Source: Thermoplasmata archaeon
GTDB lineage: Archaea > Thermoplasmatota > Thermoplasmata > Lutacidiplasmatales > UBA184
Length of the DNA: 64,000 nt
NCBI GenBank assembly: GCA_021819135.1
Contig: JAKASE010000006.1
Span: forward strand, 18,165-82,164
Reading direction: 5' to 3'
In this document: positions 39,454 to 49,031 of the stretch, piece by piece
Layout of the letters: every line of letters begins with the position of its first letter
Position numbering within the stretch: the stretch's first letter is position 1
Translations under genes and position numbers: made by a program
Notes under the pieces: model-generated
What the model was told of the DNA's origin: nothing
The model's input: only the letters and a program-made list of their open reading frames with translations
Database searches by the model: none

Positions 39454-41358
39454 TCAGAGGAGCCGGATCGCCTCGAGGTTGTACGGAACGCGCGACTCGA
39501 GGTTGAACCGCTTGTGCAGGCTCGACGCGAGGTCGAGCGTCTTCGACTCCTCGCCGTGGTTCAGGATCACGCGCTGCGGCCGCGGGTCGAGCGACGCCAC
39601 GAAGTTCATCAGCTGCACCCGGTCGGAGTGCCCGGAGAACCCCTCGATCGTCGCGAGCTCGAGCTTCACCGGGACCGACGCCTGGCGGGGCCCGTCGAGG
39701 AACGTCGCCTCGCTCATCCCGCGCTGGAGACGTCGCCCGAACGTCCCCTCCGCCTGGTACCCGACGAACGTCAGGCCGCTCTTCTCCTCGGGGGCCCACG
39801 CCCGGAAGTACTCCATGACCGGGCCGCCGCTCATCATCCCCGACGTCGCGAGAACGACGCACGGCTCCTTCGAGTCGACGATGGAGAAGCGCATCTGCGC
39901 GGAGTCGACGCGGTGGAAGATGTCCGAGAGGAACGGGTTGTCCCCCTGCTGGAAGATCTGGGTCCGGAGTTGGCTGTTGAGGAACTCCGGGTATGCCGTG
40001 TGGATCGCGGTCGCCTCGAAGATCATCCCGTCGAGGTAGACCGGGACGCGCGGGATCTTCCCCTCGCGCATCTTCTCCTCGATGACGAGCATGACCTCCT
40101 GGGACCGCCCGACCGCGAACACGGGGACGATCAGCTTGCCGCCCCGGGACAGGACCTTCGTCGCGAAGCGGGCGAATTCCTCGGTCGCCTGCTGGCGGCT
40201 CGGCTGGACGTCACGGTACCCGCCGTAGGTCGACTCGAGGACGAGCGTCTCGAGCCGGGGGAACCGGTTGGTCGCCGCGTTGAACAGCCAGCTGCGGTCG
40301 AACTTGATGTCCCCGGAGTAGGCGAGGTTGTGGTCCCCTTCCCCGAGATGGAAATGGCAGATCGAGGATCCGAGGATGTGTCCCGCGTTGTGGAGCGTGA
40401 GGCGCATGTCCGGCGCGATGTCGGTCGTCTCCCCCCAGCGGAGCGGGATCGTCCGGGTGACGAGCTCGCGGACGTGGGAGGAATCGTAGAGGCTCCGGCG
40501 CGCCTCCGAGTTCACGACCTTGATGGCGTCGAGCAGCATGAGCGTCATCAGGTCGCGCGACGGGGCCGTGCAGTAGATCGGGCCCTTGTAGCCGTACTTG
40601 AGGAGGACCGGCACGAGCCCGCAGTGGTCGAGGTGGGCATGGGTGACGACGACCGCGTCGAGCGAGTCGAGGGGGAGGAGCTCGGGCGCGTTGAAGTACG
40701 GCGTGCGGTCGGACCCGGGGTCGATCCCGCAGTCGATCAGCACCTTCGAGTTCTGCGTGGTCAAGAGGTGGGCGCTCCGGCCGACCTCCCGGTAGCCGCC
40801 GAGCGACGTGTTCCGGGCCCAGAGCTTCTCGGGGAGCGGGTCGCGGGCGATGCGGATCCCGACCTTCTTCAGGAACGAGCGACGGTCGTCGAAGGAGTTC
40901 CGCAGGTGGATCCGGACCTCCTCGACGGTCTTCGACGGGATCGGGGGGGTCCGCACGACCGTGGGCACCCAGCCGATCTTCCGCTTGAGGTCGTTCAGGA
41001 CCGAGCCGCCTCGTCCGATCGCCGCGCCCGGGTTGGCCGCTTCGATCGTCACCTCTCCCGTCTCGGGCTCGAAGAAGAGCTGGTTGATCTCCGCCTCGAC
41101 CGGGATCGTCTCCCGGATCGACCGTTCGGCCTCCTTCGGCTCGATCAGGGTCTCCGGGTCGGACCGGACGACCACGCGCCGGTGGAGACGCTGGGCGACC
41201 TGGCGCAGGTAGTCGCCCCCCGAGAGGAACGAGTCGAGCTGCTTCGTGTAGAGGACGATGTGCGGGCCCTCGAGCTCGATGTCGGTGACCTCGATCGTTT
41301 CCGGCAGCACTTCGGTGAGCGCTTGCCGGGTCTGCTCTATGAGAGAGTCGAAACTCAT
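39454..41358 (-). CDS. fttA: aCPSF1/FttA: KH-domain beta-CASP RNase-J-like ribonuclease (archaeal transcription termination factor)
   Basis: 634 aa with N-terminal KH domains, the MBL motif HAHLDHCG and a beta-CASP domain. It sits next to psmB, a conserved archaeal neighbourhood. Confidence 0.92.
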   Translation of the reverse strand: MSFDSLIEQTRQALTEVLPETIEVTDIELEGPHIVLYTKQLDSFLSGGDYLRQVAQRLHRRVVVRSDPETLIEPKEAERSIRETIPVEAEINQLFFEPETGEVTIEAANPGAAIGRGGSVLNDLKRKIGWVPTVVRTPPIPSKTVEEVRIHLRNSFDDRRSFLKKVGIRIARDPLPEKLWARNTSLGGYREVGRSAHLLTTQNSKVLIDCGIDPGSDRTPYFNAPELLPLDSLDAVVVTHAHLDHCGLVPVLLKYGYKGPIYCTAPSRDLMTLMLLDAIKVVNSEARRSLYDSSHVRELVTRTIPLRWGETTDIAPDMRLTLHNAGHILGSSICHFHLGEGDHNLAYSGDIKFDRSWLFNAATNRFPRLETLVLESTYGGYRDVQPSRQQATEEFARFATKVLSRGGKLIVPVFAVGRSQEVMLVIEEKMREGKIPRVPVYLDGMIFEATAIHTAYPEFLNSQLRTQIFQQGDNPFLSDIFHRVDSAQMRFSIVDSKEPCVVLATSGMMSGGPVMEYFRAWAPEEKSGLTFVGYQAEGTFGRRLQRGMSEATFLDGPRQASVPVKLELATIEGFSGHSDRVQLMNFVASLDPRPQRVILNHGEESKTLDLASSLHKRFNLESRVPYNLEAIRLL

Positions 41359-41425
41359 TCGATTCCGCAGGGGAACGGGTTCGTGGGAAGAGGTTCGCCG
41401 CCCGCGCCGGCGGGAGGGGCCCGGC

Positions 41426-42100
41426 CTATGGGAGCGCTGGAGGCAGCGGTATCTTGAGGGACTTCAGGCGTTTATTAATTTCGTCGTCCGTCAGCTCGCG
41501 GTATTCCTTCGTGGAGATGATGTGGACGAGGTAGCCGTCCCCGCTCGCGCTGTCCCGCTTCATCGCGGCCGTGAGGCCCCGGAGCGCGAGATCGACCCCG
41601 TCCGAGGTCGACATGTCGCGCGAGTAGCCCTCCTCGAGCAGGCCGTAGGCGAACGTCGAGCCGGACCCGACGGAGACGAACTTGTCCTCGATGCACCCGC
41701 CCGCCGGGTCGACCGAGAAGACGTGGCCGCCCTTCGCGTCCACGCCCCCGAGGATCAACCAGGCGTAGTACGGATAGAAGCGGTTCCCGTTCAGGATGTT
41801 CGCGAGGAGCGTCGCCGCACCCTCGGCCGACAGCGGGGCGCTGCGGCGGAGCCGATAGAGCGAGACCTCGGCCTTGAGGTATCGGGCGAGCACCTGGGCG
41901 TCGCCGACGAGGCCGGCGATCGTGATCCCGATGTTCGCGTCGATGCGGAAGACCTTCTGCGTCGCCTTGTTCGAGATGAGGTTGCCCGCGGTGGCGCGTC
42001 GCTCGGTCGCGAGGACGACCCCGTCCTTGCAGACCATGCCGATCGTCGTCGTGCCCTTCAGGAGGCGCTCCTCATCGACCGGGCTGATCATGCTCTGCAT
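41426..42100 (-). CDS. psmB: proteasome subunit beta
   Basis: Propeptide followed by GTTTIG (catalytic Thr after cleavage). Confidence 0.92.
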   Translation of the reverse strand: MQSMISPVDEERLLKGTTTIGMVCKDGVVLATERRATAGNLISNKATQKVFRIDANIGITIAGLVGDAQVLARYLKAEVSLYRLRRSAPLSAEGAATLLANILNGNRFYPYYAWLILGGVDAKGGHVFSVDPAGGCIEDKFVSVGSGSTFAYGLLEEGYSRDMSTSDGVDLALRGLTAAMKRDSASGDGYLVHIISTKEYRELTDDEINKRLKSLKIPLPPALP

Positions 42101-42148
42101 CGTTCGACCTTCGACGGGCGAAGGCTGACGGGCGGACCCGGGGTCGGT

Positions 42149-42156
42149 ATATAAGG
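42149..42156. promoter_or_regulatory. TATATAAG box in the psmB/sdhA divergent intergenic region
   Basis: About 48 nt upstream of the psmB start on the minus strand. A second motif, GATTAATC at 42257-42264, lies about 30 nt upstream of the sdhA ATG (leaderless). Confidence 0.4.
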
Positions 42157-42292
42157 GCTCACGCGGCGATTACCGAAGGGTCACCGACGAACGCGTTTTC
42201 CCTCGACCGGCCCGGCCGCGCACGGCCGGGCCGGTTTCGCCCCTCCCCACACAACCGATTAATCCCGCACGCGGCTCCGTCGCTCGGTCGTC

Positions 42293-43975
42293 ATGCGGAA
42301 GCACGAGGTCGTGGTCGTAGGAGCGGGACTCGCCGGACAACGCGCGGCGCTCGCGGCGATCGAGGCCGGTCGGGAGGTCGCGATCGTGACCAAGCTGCAT
42401 CCGCTCCGGTCGCACTCGGGGGCCGCCCAGGGCGGGATCAACGCTGCGGTGGGCGCCGACGACTCGGTCGACACCCACATCTACGACACCGTGAAGGGGT
42501 CCGACTACCTCGGCGACCAGGACGCGATCGAGTTCTTCTGCAAGTCCGCCGGCCCGACCGTCATCGAGATGGAGCATTTCGGAACGATCTTCAGCCGCGG
42601 GGCGGACGGTTCGCTCGCCCGGCGGGCCTTCGGGGGGGCCGGGTTCCCCCGGACGATCTATGCCGCCGACCGGACGGGGCTCGCGCTCCTCCAGGGGCTC
42701 TGGGAGCGCCTCGGCTCCGAGCGGTTCACGATGTACGAGGAGTGGGAGCTCGCGAAGCTCGTCGTCCGCGACGGCCGGGTCCAGGGCCTCATCGCCCTCG
42801 ACCGCCGGCGGGGCGAGTTCGAGGGGATCGCCGCCCGATCGATCGTGGTGGCGACCGGACCCTCCGGTCGGGTCTACGGACGGACCACCAACGCCCACAG
42901 CTGCGCCGGCGACGGCGTCAGCGTCGCCTACGAGGCCGGCGCGTTCCTCAAGGACATGGAGTTCGTCCAGTTCCATCCGACCGCCCTGCTCGAGTCGAGC
43001 ATCCTGATCACCGAGGGGGCCCGGGGCGAGGGCGGGATCCTGAAGAACGCCGCCGGGGAGCGGTTCATGTCGAAGTACGCCCCGCACGCGCTCGAGCTCG
43101 CCTCCCGCGACGTCGTCTCCCGCTCGATCGTCACCGAGGTGCGGGAGGGACGGGGGTTCTCCGGCCCGTACGGGGGGTACGTCCATCTCGAGCTGATGCA
43201 TCTCGGCAAGGAGAAGGTCGAGAGCCGGCTCCAGGAGATCTGCGACTACTCTCGGCTCTTCGCGGGCATCGATCCCGTGACCCAGCCGATCCCGGTCTAT
43301 CCCGCCCAGCACTACATGATGGGCGGGGTCGGGACGGACATCCACGGCGCGACGAACATCGCGGGCCTGTTCGCCGCCGGCGAGGCGGCGTGCGTCTCGG
43401 TCCACGGGGCGAACCGGCTCGGCGGGAACTCGCTCCTCGACACGCTCGTCTTCGGCAAGGAGGCGGGGATCGCCGCGGCCGAGTTCGCCGCGAAGGCGTC
43501 GACCCCCGAGCTCACCGCCGCGGACGTCACGGAGGCGACCGCGCCGTACCGGGCCTGGTCGAGCCGAACGGATGGGGAGGACCCGTCCGCATTGCGGAAG
43601 GAGATGCAGCAGACCATGGACCGGTACGCCGGCATCTACCGGACCGAGTCCGACCTCGCCGAGGGACTGAAGCGGATCCGGGCGGTCAAGAAGCGGTTCG
43701 AACGGGTGCGGGTCGTGGACCAGTCCAAGGTGTTCAACCTCAACCTCACCGACGCGATCGAGACCGGGGAGATGATCGAGCTCGCGGAGGTGATCCTGGT
43801 CGGGGCGTACGCCCGGACGGAGAGCCGCGGGGCCCACTTCCGGGTCGACTACCCGAAGCGGGACGATGCGCGCTGGATGAAGCACACGCTCGCCCAGATG
43901 GGACCCGAGGGACCGACCCTCTCGTACTCCCCCGTGGCGTTCACCCGCTGGGAAGCAAAGGAGAGGGTGTACTGA
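42293..43975 (+). CDS. sdhA: succinate dehydrogenase/fumarate reductase flavoprotein subunit
   Basis: FAD-binding [10 protein letters not shown], the covalent-FAD His region [10 protein letters not shown], and catalytic HFRVDYP. Confidence 0.93.
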   Translation: MRKHEVVVVGAGLAGQRAALAAIEAGREVAIVTKLHPLRSHSGAAQGGINAAVGADDSVDTHIYDTVKGSDYLGDQDAIEFFCKSAGPTVIEMEHFGTIFSRGADGSLARRAFGGAGFPRTIYAADRTGLALLQGLWERLGSERFTMYEEWELAKLVVRDGRVQGLIALDRRRGEFEGIAARSIVVATGPSGRVYGRTTNAHSCAGDGVSVAYEAGAFLKDMEFVQFHPTALLESSILITEGARGEGGILKNAAGERFMSKYAPHALELASRDVVSRSIVTEVREGRGFSGPYGGYVHLELMHLGKEKVESRLQEICDYSRLFAGIDPVTQPIPVYPAQHYMMGGVGTDIHGATNIAGLFAAGEAACVSVHGANRLGGNSLLDTLVFGKEAGIAAAEFAAKASTPELTAADVTEATAPYRAWSSRTDGEDPSALRKEMQQTMDRYAGIYRTESDLAEGLKRIRAVKKRFERVRVVDQSKVFNLNLTDAIETGEMIELAEVILVGAYARTESRGAHFRVDYPKRDDARWMKHTLAQMGPEGPTLSYSPVAFTRWEAKERVY

Positions 43976-44946
43976 TGACCGCGAACCTGACCAAGGCCGA
44001 GTTCGACGTGTATCGCTACGATCCGACCAAGGATGCGAAGCCGCGATACCAGCGCTACACCCTGGAGCTCGCCCCCCACACCCCGGTCCTCTCCGCCCTC
44101 CTCCAGATCCGCGCCGAGGTCGACCCGAGCCTCTCGCTCCGGTACTCCTGCCGCCACGCGATCTGCGGCTCCTGCGCGATGCAGATCAACTCGAAGAGCC
44201 GCCTCGCCTGCCAGACCCAGATCGGCCCCGAGATGGCAAAGCACGGGCGGATCGTCATCGAGCCGATGCGCAACCAGCCGGTGATCCGCGACCTCGTGGT
44301 CGACCAGTCGCCGTTCTGGCGCCAGTACGACCGGATCGAACCGCATCTCAAGCTCGACCCGGCGCATCCGATGCCGGTCGGCCAGCCGACGTCGATGTCG
44401 CCGGAAGAGGTCGAGCGGTTCAAGGAGACCCCGCGGTGCATCGCCTGCGGAGCCTGCTACTCCGCCTGCCCGGCGGTCGAGTCCGACCCGGAGTTCCCGG
44501 GCCCGATGGCGCTCGCGAAGCTCTATCGGTTCGTCGTCGACCCGCGCGACCACGCCCACCAGGACCGCCTCCTCCGCATCCAGCCAGGCGGGCTGTGGCT
44601 GTGTCTGCGCTGCCACCTGTGCACGGAGTCGTGCCCGAAGGACGTGCGACCCTCGGAGCGGATCCGCGACCTGAAGGAGCTCGCGATCACCGCCCAGGGG
44701 GCGACCGAGCACGGTTCCCGGCACGCGGTCGGCTTCAAGGACAACCTGCCGGACGCCGGGGTGCTCAACGAGATGAAGCTCGTCCGGCAGACCTACGGCC
44801 TCGTCGGCACGCTCGGCCAGCTCGGCCAGGGGATCCGGATCTATCGCAAGAAGCCCGAGATCCTTCGCAAGCCGCATCCGATCCAGGGCGTCGAGGAGGT
44901 ACGGAAGATCTACCGCGCCCTCGACCGCGAGGAGGGGAAGGAATGA
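43975..44946 (+). CDS. sdhB: succinate dehydrogenase iron-sulfur subunit
   Basis: 2Fe-2S cluster (CRHAICGSCAM) and two 4Fe-4S Cys clusters (CIACGACYSACP; CLRCHLCTESCP). Overlaps the sdhA stop (TGATG). Confidence 0.9.
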   Translation: MTANLTKAEFDVYRYDPTKDAKPRYQRYTLELAPHTPVLSALLQIRAEVDPSLSLRYSCRHAICGSCAMQINSKSRLACQTQIGPEMAKHGRIVIEPMRNQPVIRDLVVDQSPFWRQYDRIEPHLKLDPAHPMPVGQPTSMSPEEVERFKETPRCIACGACYSACPAVESDPEFPGPMALAKLYRFVVDPRDHAHQDRLLRIQPGGLWLCLRCHLCTESCPKDVRPSERIRDLKELAITAQGATEHGSRHAVGFKDNLPDAGVLNEMKLVRQTYGLVGTLGQLGQGIRIYRKKPEILRKPHPIQGVEEVRKIYRALDREEGKE

Positions 44947-45824
44947 GGATCGCCTACTACCCCGGCTGCGTCGCCCAGGAGTCCGGCAAGGAGCTCGACA
45001 TGGCGACGCGCTACGTCGCCCGGGCGTTCGGGATCGAGCTGGTCGAGTTCCCGAGCTTCTCCTGCTGCGGTTCCGGCTTCATCGACGAGGCGAACGAGGC
45101 GCTCAACATCGCCATCAACGCCCGGAACCTCGCGATCGCCGAGAAGGCCGGCCTCGACATCCTGACGATCTGCTCGACCTGCCAGGGGATGCTCACCCTC
45201 GCGAACCTCCGGATGCAGGATCCCTCGATGCGCGCGCGGGTGGATGGCGCCCTGAAGCCGCTCGGGATCGAGTACCGGGGGACGGTCAAGGTCAAGCACC
45301 TCCTCCGGGTCCTCACGGAGGACGTCGGACTCGCGGCGGTGAAGGCGAAGGTCCGCCGGCCGCTCGCGGGCATGAAGGTGGGGGCGTTCTACGGCTGTCA
45401 CCTCCTCCGGCCGGGCGACGAGATGGCCTGGGAGGACGGCGAGGAGCCGCACGCCTTTGAGGACCTCCTCGCGGCGATCGGGGCGACCCCGGTCGACTAC
45501 CGCGGCCGGGTGATGTGCTGCGGGTTCCCGATCCAGTTCGTCAAGCCCGAGACCGCGAGCCGCGTCGGGGGGCGACAGATCCTCGACGCGAAGGCCCACG
45601 GCGCGGACGCGATGGCGACCCCGTGCCCCCTCTGCCACATCTCGCTCGACGCCTACCAGAACAAGGCCTCGAAGGCGGTCCAGGCGCCGCTCGACATGCC
45701 GATCTTCCATCTCCCGCAGCTCGTCGGTCTCGCGATCGGCGCCTCCCCCGAGGACATGGGGCTCGCGCGCCACCTCGTGCCCACCCAGCCGGCGCTCGCG
45801 AAGGTCTCCGCCCCTGCCCGCTGA
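44943..45824 (+). CDS. succinate dehydrogenase subunit with two cysteine-rich CCG domains (HdrB-like; type E SdhE/SdhC)
   Basis: Two CCG motifs are present (FSCCGSGF and VMCCGFP), together with CSTCQG and CPLCH. The ATGA overlap with sdhB fits type E SQR, where this subunit replaces a membrane anchor. Confidence 0.75.
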   Translation: MRIAYYPGCVAQESGKELDMATRYVARAFGIELVEFPSFSCCGSGFIDEANEALNIAINARNLAIAEKAGLDILTICSTCQGMLTLANLRMQDPSMRARVDGALKPLGIEYRGTVKVKHLLRVLTEDVGLAAVKAKVRRPLAGMKVGAFYGCHLLRPGDEMAWEDGEEPHAFEDLLAAIGATPVDYRGRVMCCGFPIQFVKPETASRVGGRQILDAKAHGADAMATPCPLCHISLDAYQNKASKAVQAPLDMPIFHLPQLVGLAIGASPEDMGLARHLVPTQPALAKVSAPAR

Positions 45825-45837
45825 AGCGTCCGCCCCC

Positions 45838-46239
45838 CGTCGCCGATTCGCCAGCGGCACGTCCTGGGAGCCGAAGGTCGGGTACAGCCGGGCGATCCGC
45901 ATCGGCCGACGGGTGCTGGTCTCGGGAACGACCGCGACGGCCCCCGACGGGACGATCGTCGGGCGGCACGACGCCTACCAGCAGACGGTCCAGGCGCTCG
46001 ACAACATCGAGCGGGCCCTGACGGCGCTCGGGAGCTCCCGCGAGGCGATCGTCCGGCTCCGCCTGTTCATCACCGACTTCGGGGACTTCGAGGAGATCGC
46101 CCGGGCGCTCGGCGAGCGGTTCCGGGAGATCCGGCCCACGAACACGATGGTGAAGGTCGCGGGCCTCATCGACCCCGCGATGCGCGTAGAGATCGAGGCC
46201 GAAGCGGTCGACGACGGTCCGGGACCGGACGGCGCCTAG
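45838..46239 (+). CDS. ridA: RidA/YjgF family protein; N-terminus lacks a canonical start codon
   Basis: The C-terminal signature PTNTMVKVAGLIDPAMRVEIEAEA is present. RidA-like sequence (SWEPKVGYSRAIRIGRRVLVSGTTA) continues upstream of the first in-frame start, the GTG at 45913, back to about 45838 without any ATG/GTG/TTG. Confidence 0.6.
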   Translation, partial: RRRFASGTSWEPKVGYSRAIRIGRRVLVSGTTATAPDGTIVGRHDAYQQTVQALDNIERALTALGSSREAIVRLRLFITDFGDFEEIARALGERFREIRPTNTMVKVAGLIDPAMRVEIEAEAVDDGPGPDGA

Positions 46240-46243
46240 GCGG

Positions 46244-46525
46244 CTAGGGCTCCGCCCCGCCCGACGGCGACGGGGGGCCCGTCCGGGTGAGGGTCTCCGC
46301 CCCCTTCCCCTTCGTCACGTAGAGGTGCAGGCGGTCGCACTGGTGCCGGAAGTACCCCCGCGCGGCGTCGCGGTCGAACGTCTCGCGGAGGAACCGCTCG
46401 AGGTCGGCCTCCGAGAGCCCGGGATCGACCGCCGGGGAGAACATGCACTGGAAGACGAGGAACCGCCGGCCCTCGAGGTCGAACCGGGCGGTCTCGCGGG
46501 CGCCGCAGAACGGGCAGGTCGGCAC
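46244..46525 (-). CDS. small zinc-ribbon protein (hypothetical)
   Basis: 93 aa starting MPTCPFCGA with additional Cys/His (FQCMF, HQCDRLH). High third-position GC. The CGATTAATCG motif lies about 25 nt upstream. Confidence 0.5.
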   Translation of the reverse strand: MPTCPFCGARETARFDLEGRRFLVFQCMFSPAVDPGLSEADLERFLRETFDRDAARGYFRHQCDRLHLYVTKGKGAETLTRTGPPSPSGGAEP

Positions 46526-46572
46526 GTCGGACGGACCGGCCGGGACCGATTAATCGTTGCCGGCCCGGTCCC

Positions 46573-46803
46573 TCAATCGATGTAACCGAGGGAGCGCAGC
46601 CGGTCCCTGAGGTGGCGTTCGTCCTCCTCGCTAAAGACCGGCTCCCCGGGCTCCTCGAGGAGACGGGCGAGGACGAAGGCGACGAACGCATCCGGCGAAT
46701 CGAACGCGGAACCCCGGATCCGGGCGCGGATCGCGCGGACGAGCTCCTCGGGGAGCGCGATCCGCTCGGTCGAGCCGTTCTCCGGCGCCGCCTCGGTCAT
46801 GGG
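46573..46803 (-). CDS. ribbon-helix-helix (CopG-like) DNA-binding protein
   Basis: ERIALPEELVRAIRARI... is a beta-strand plus helices typical of RHH. The likely start is MTEAAP at 46803, inside a longer ORF. Confidence 0.5.
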   Translation of the reverse strand, partial: PMTEAAPENGSTERIALPEELVRAIRARIRGSAFDSPDAFVAFVLARLLEEPGEPVFSEEDERHLRDRLRSLGYID

Positions 46804-46870
46804 CCCCTCCTCCGACGCGGCCGAGGAGATAGTCTCTTCGACCGGGGCCCGGCCGACGCCGGCGGGTCGG

Positions 46871-47818
46871 TCATTCCCATTCGATCGTCGCGGGAGGCTT
46901 GTCGGTGACATCGTACAGCACCCGGACGACCTCGCCCGAGAGCTCCCGGGTGATGCGCTCGGCGATGCGGGAGAGGACGGCGCGCGGGAGCGCCATCGAC
47001 GTGGCGGTCATGGCGTCGATCGACTCGACGGCGCGGACGCTCACGGCCTCGCCATACACGCGGTTGTCCCCGAGGACCCCGACCGTGCGCACGGGAAGGA
47101 GGACGGCGAAGTACTGCCAGGGCCGAGCGATCGTCTTCGCCGCCGCGGCCCGTTCGATCTCCTCTTCGACGATCGCGTTCGCGATCCGGGCGCGACGGAC
47201 CCGCTCGGGGGTCACCGGTCCGTTCACCCGGACCGCCAGCCCCGGGCCGGGGAACGGCTGCCGCTCCGCCTCGGGGACCCCGAGGTGGCGGGCGAGCGCG
47301 CGGACTTCATCCTTGTAGAGGTCGCGCAGCGGCTCGACCAGGGTGAGGCGCATGTCCGCCGGGATGCCCCCGACGTTGTGGTGGGTCTTGATCGTGTCGC
47401 GCAGCGCCCCGCCGCTCTCGATCCAGTCCGGGGCGATCGTCCCCTGGACGAGCCGGTCGGCGCCGGATCGCTCCGCCTCCGCCTCGAACAGACGGACGAA
47501 CGCGGTCCCGATGCGGCGGCGTTTCTCCTCCGGGTCCTCGACCCCGAGGAGGGCGGCGAAGAACCGGTCGGCGGCGGGGACGACCTCGAAGGTGAGCCCG
47601 CTCGTCCGGAAGAAGTCCCGCACCCGCTCCACCTCGCCCGCCCGCAAGAGGCCGGTATCGACGAAGACCGCACGGGCCCGGTCGCCGAGCGCCTTTTCGG
47701 TGAGGAGGGCGGCGACCGTGGAGTCGATGCCCCCCGAGGCGGCGATGATCACCTTGCCCGGCACCTCCGCCCGGAGACGCGAGACCGCCTCCTCGGTGAA
47801 CTTCGCCGGGTCGATCAT
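46871..47818 (-). CDS. guaA: GMP synthase [glutamine-hydrolysing] subunit B (ATP pyrophosphatase)
   Basis: PP-loop SGGIDSTV; 315 aa ending ...PATIEWE. The ATGA overlap with the purE stop defines the start. The upstream 182 codons of the track ORF are Arg/Gly/Pro junk. Confidence 0.88.
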   Translation of the reverse strand: MIDPAKFTEEAVSRLRAEVPGKVIIAASGGIDSTVAALLTEKALGDRARAVFVDTGLLRAGEVERVRDFFRTSGLTFEVVPAADRFFAALLGVEDPEEKRRRIGTAFVRLFEAEAERSGADRLVQGTIAPDWIESGGALRDTIKTHHNVGGIPADMRLTLVEPLRDLYKDEVRALARHLGVPEAERQPFPGPGLAVRVNGPVTPERVRRARIANAIVEEEIERAAAAKTIARPWQYFAVLLPVRTVGVLGDNRVYGEAVSVRAVESIDAMTATSMALPRAVLSRIAERITRELSGEVVRVLYDVTDKPPATIEWE

Positions 47819-48309
47819 GCGGGGCTCCCGGGCGGAGGGGGGCTCTCCTCCTTCCAGCGGGCCCGGTACCGCTCGAGCGACGCGGTGACCTCGGGGTACT
47901 TCAACGCGAGGATCTCGGCCGCGAGCAGGGCGGCGTTCTCCGCCGCGTCCAGCCCGACCGCGGCGACCGGGACACCGGGGGGCATCTGGACCACCGAGAG
48001 CAGGCTGTCGAGACCGAGGCCCCGGTGCAGCGGGACCCCGACGACCGGCTTCACGGTCCGCGCCGCGACGGCGCCGGGGAGGGCCGCGGAGAGACCGGCC
48101 ATCGCGACGAAGAGGTCCGTCGCCGGGTCGGCCACCAGCCGGTCGACCTTCTCGGGCGTGCGGTGCGCCGAGGCCACGTGGACCTCGCAGGGCACCCCGA
48201 GGTCCGTCAGCCGGACCCGGACCTTCTCGGCGATCTCGAGGTCGGACTTGCTGCCCACCAGGACCGTGACCTTCACATCCGCGGTCGAGCGTCCGAAAGA
48301 GAAAAGCAT
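47815..48309 (-). CDS. purE: N5-carboxyaminoimidazole ribonucleotide mutase (PurE)
   Basis: VLVGSKSDLEIAEK...HVASAHRTPEKV...AMAGLSAALPGAVAA are PurE signatures. Confidence 0.88.
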   Translation of the reverse strand: MLFSFGRSTADVKVTVLVGSKSDLEIAEKVRVRLTDLGVPCEVHVASAHRTPEKVDRLVADPATDLFVAMAGLSAALPGAVAARTVKPVVGVPLHRGLGLDSLLSVVQMPPGVPVAAVGLDAAENAALLAAEILALKYPEVTASLERYRARWKEESPPPPGSPA

Positions 48310-48362
48310 TGGCCGGGGGACGGCCGAGGTTTGATAGGCCCGCCCGCGCCTCGCCGACGCGC

Positions 48363-49016
48363 ATGGCGCTCCGGATCCACCGCGGCGGTCGGTTCCGCCG
48401 GTGGCTCGGCGCCCGGTTCGGCGGCGACGAGGTCCTTGGCGACCGGCTCTGGCGGCGGATCCTCCACCTCTTCGGGGCCGCGGTCCTCGCCTACTATGTC
48501 CTTCCGGTCGGGTTCTTCCTCGTCCTCCCGAAGGAGGACGTCCTCCTCCTCGCCCTGGCCGCGGTCCTGGTCCTCGAAGGACTGCGGCACGCCGCGGGGC
48601 TCGAGCTCCCGACGGTGCGGCCGTACGAGGAGCACCGCATCGCGAGCTTCGTCTTCTACGCGATCGCGCTCGTCGGCACGGTCCTCCTCTTCCCGGTGCC
48701 GATCGCCGCGGCGGTCGTTCTGGGGACGTCGCTGGTCGATCCCCTCGCGGGCGAGCTGCGGGGGGCCCCCCGCCTCGCGCGGCTCTACCCCGTCGTCCCG
48801 CTCGCCGCCTATGCGCTCCTCGCGTGGACCGGCCTCGCGCTCATCGGGGGATGGCCGGTACTGCTCTCGGCCGGCCTCGCGGTCCTCTCCGCGCCGATCG
48901 CCATCGCGGTCGAGCGGCCGAAGCTGCCCTGGGTCGACGACGACCTCGCGATGATGTTCGTGCCGGCGCTGGCCCTCTACGCGATCGGTTCGGTCGCGCT
49001 TGGGCTGCCCGGCTAG
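48363..49016 (+). CDS. integral membrane protein, unknown function
   Basis: Six or more hydrophobic helices. The likely start is MALRIHRGG at 48363. Family not recognised. Confidence 0.5.
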   Translation: MALRIHRGGRFRRWLGARFGGDEVLGDRLWRRILHLFGAAVLAYYVLPVGFFLVLPKEDVLLLALAAVLVLEGLRHAAGLELPTVRPYEEHRIASFVFYAIALVGTVLLFPVPIAAAVVLGTSLVDPLAGELRGAPRLARLYPVVPLAAYALLAWTGLALIGGWPVLLSAGLAVLSAPIAIAVERPKLPWVDDDLAMMFVPALALYAIGSVALGLPG

Positions 49017-49031
49017 CGGGTCCGCGCGGGC

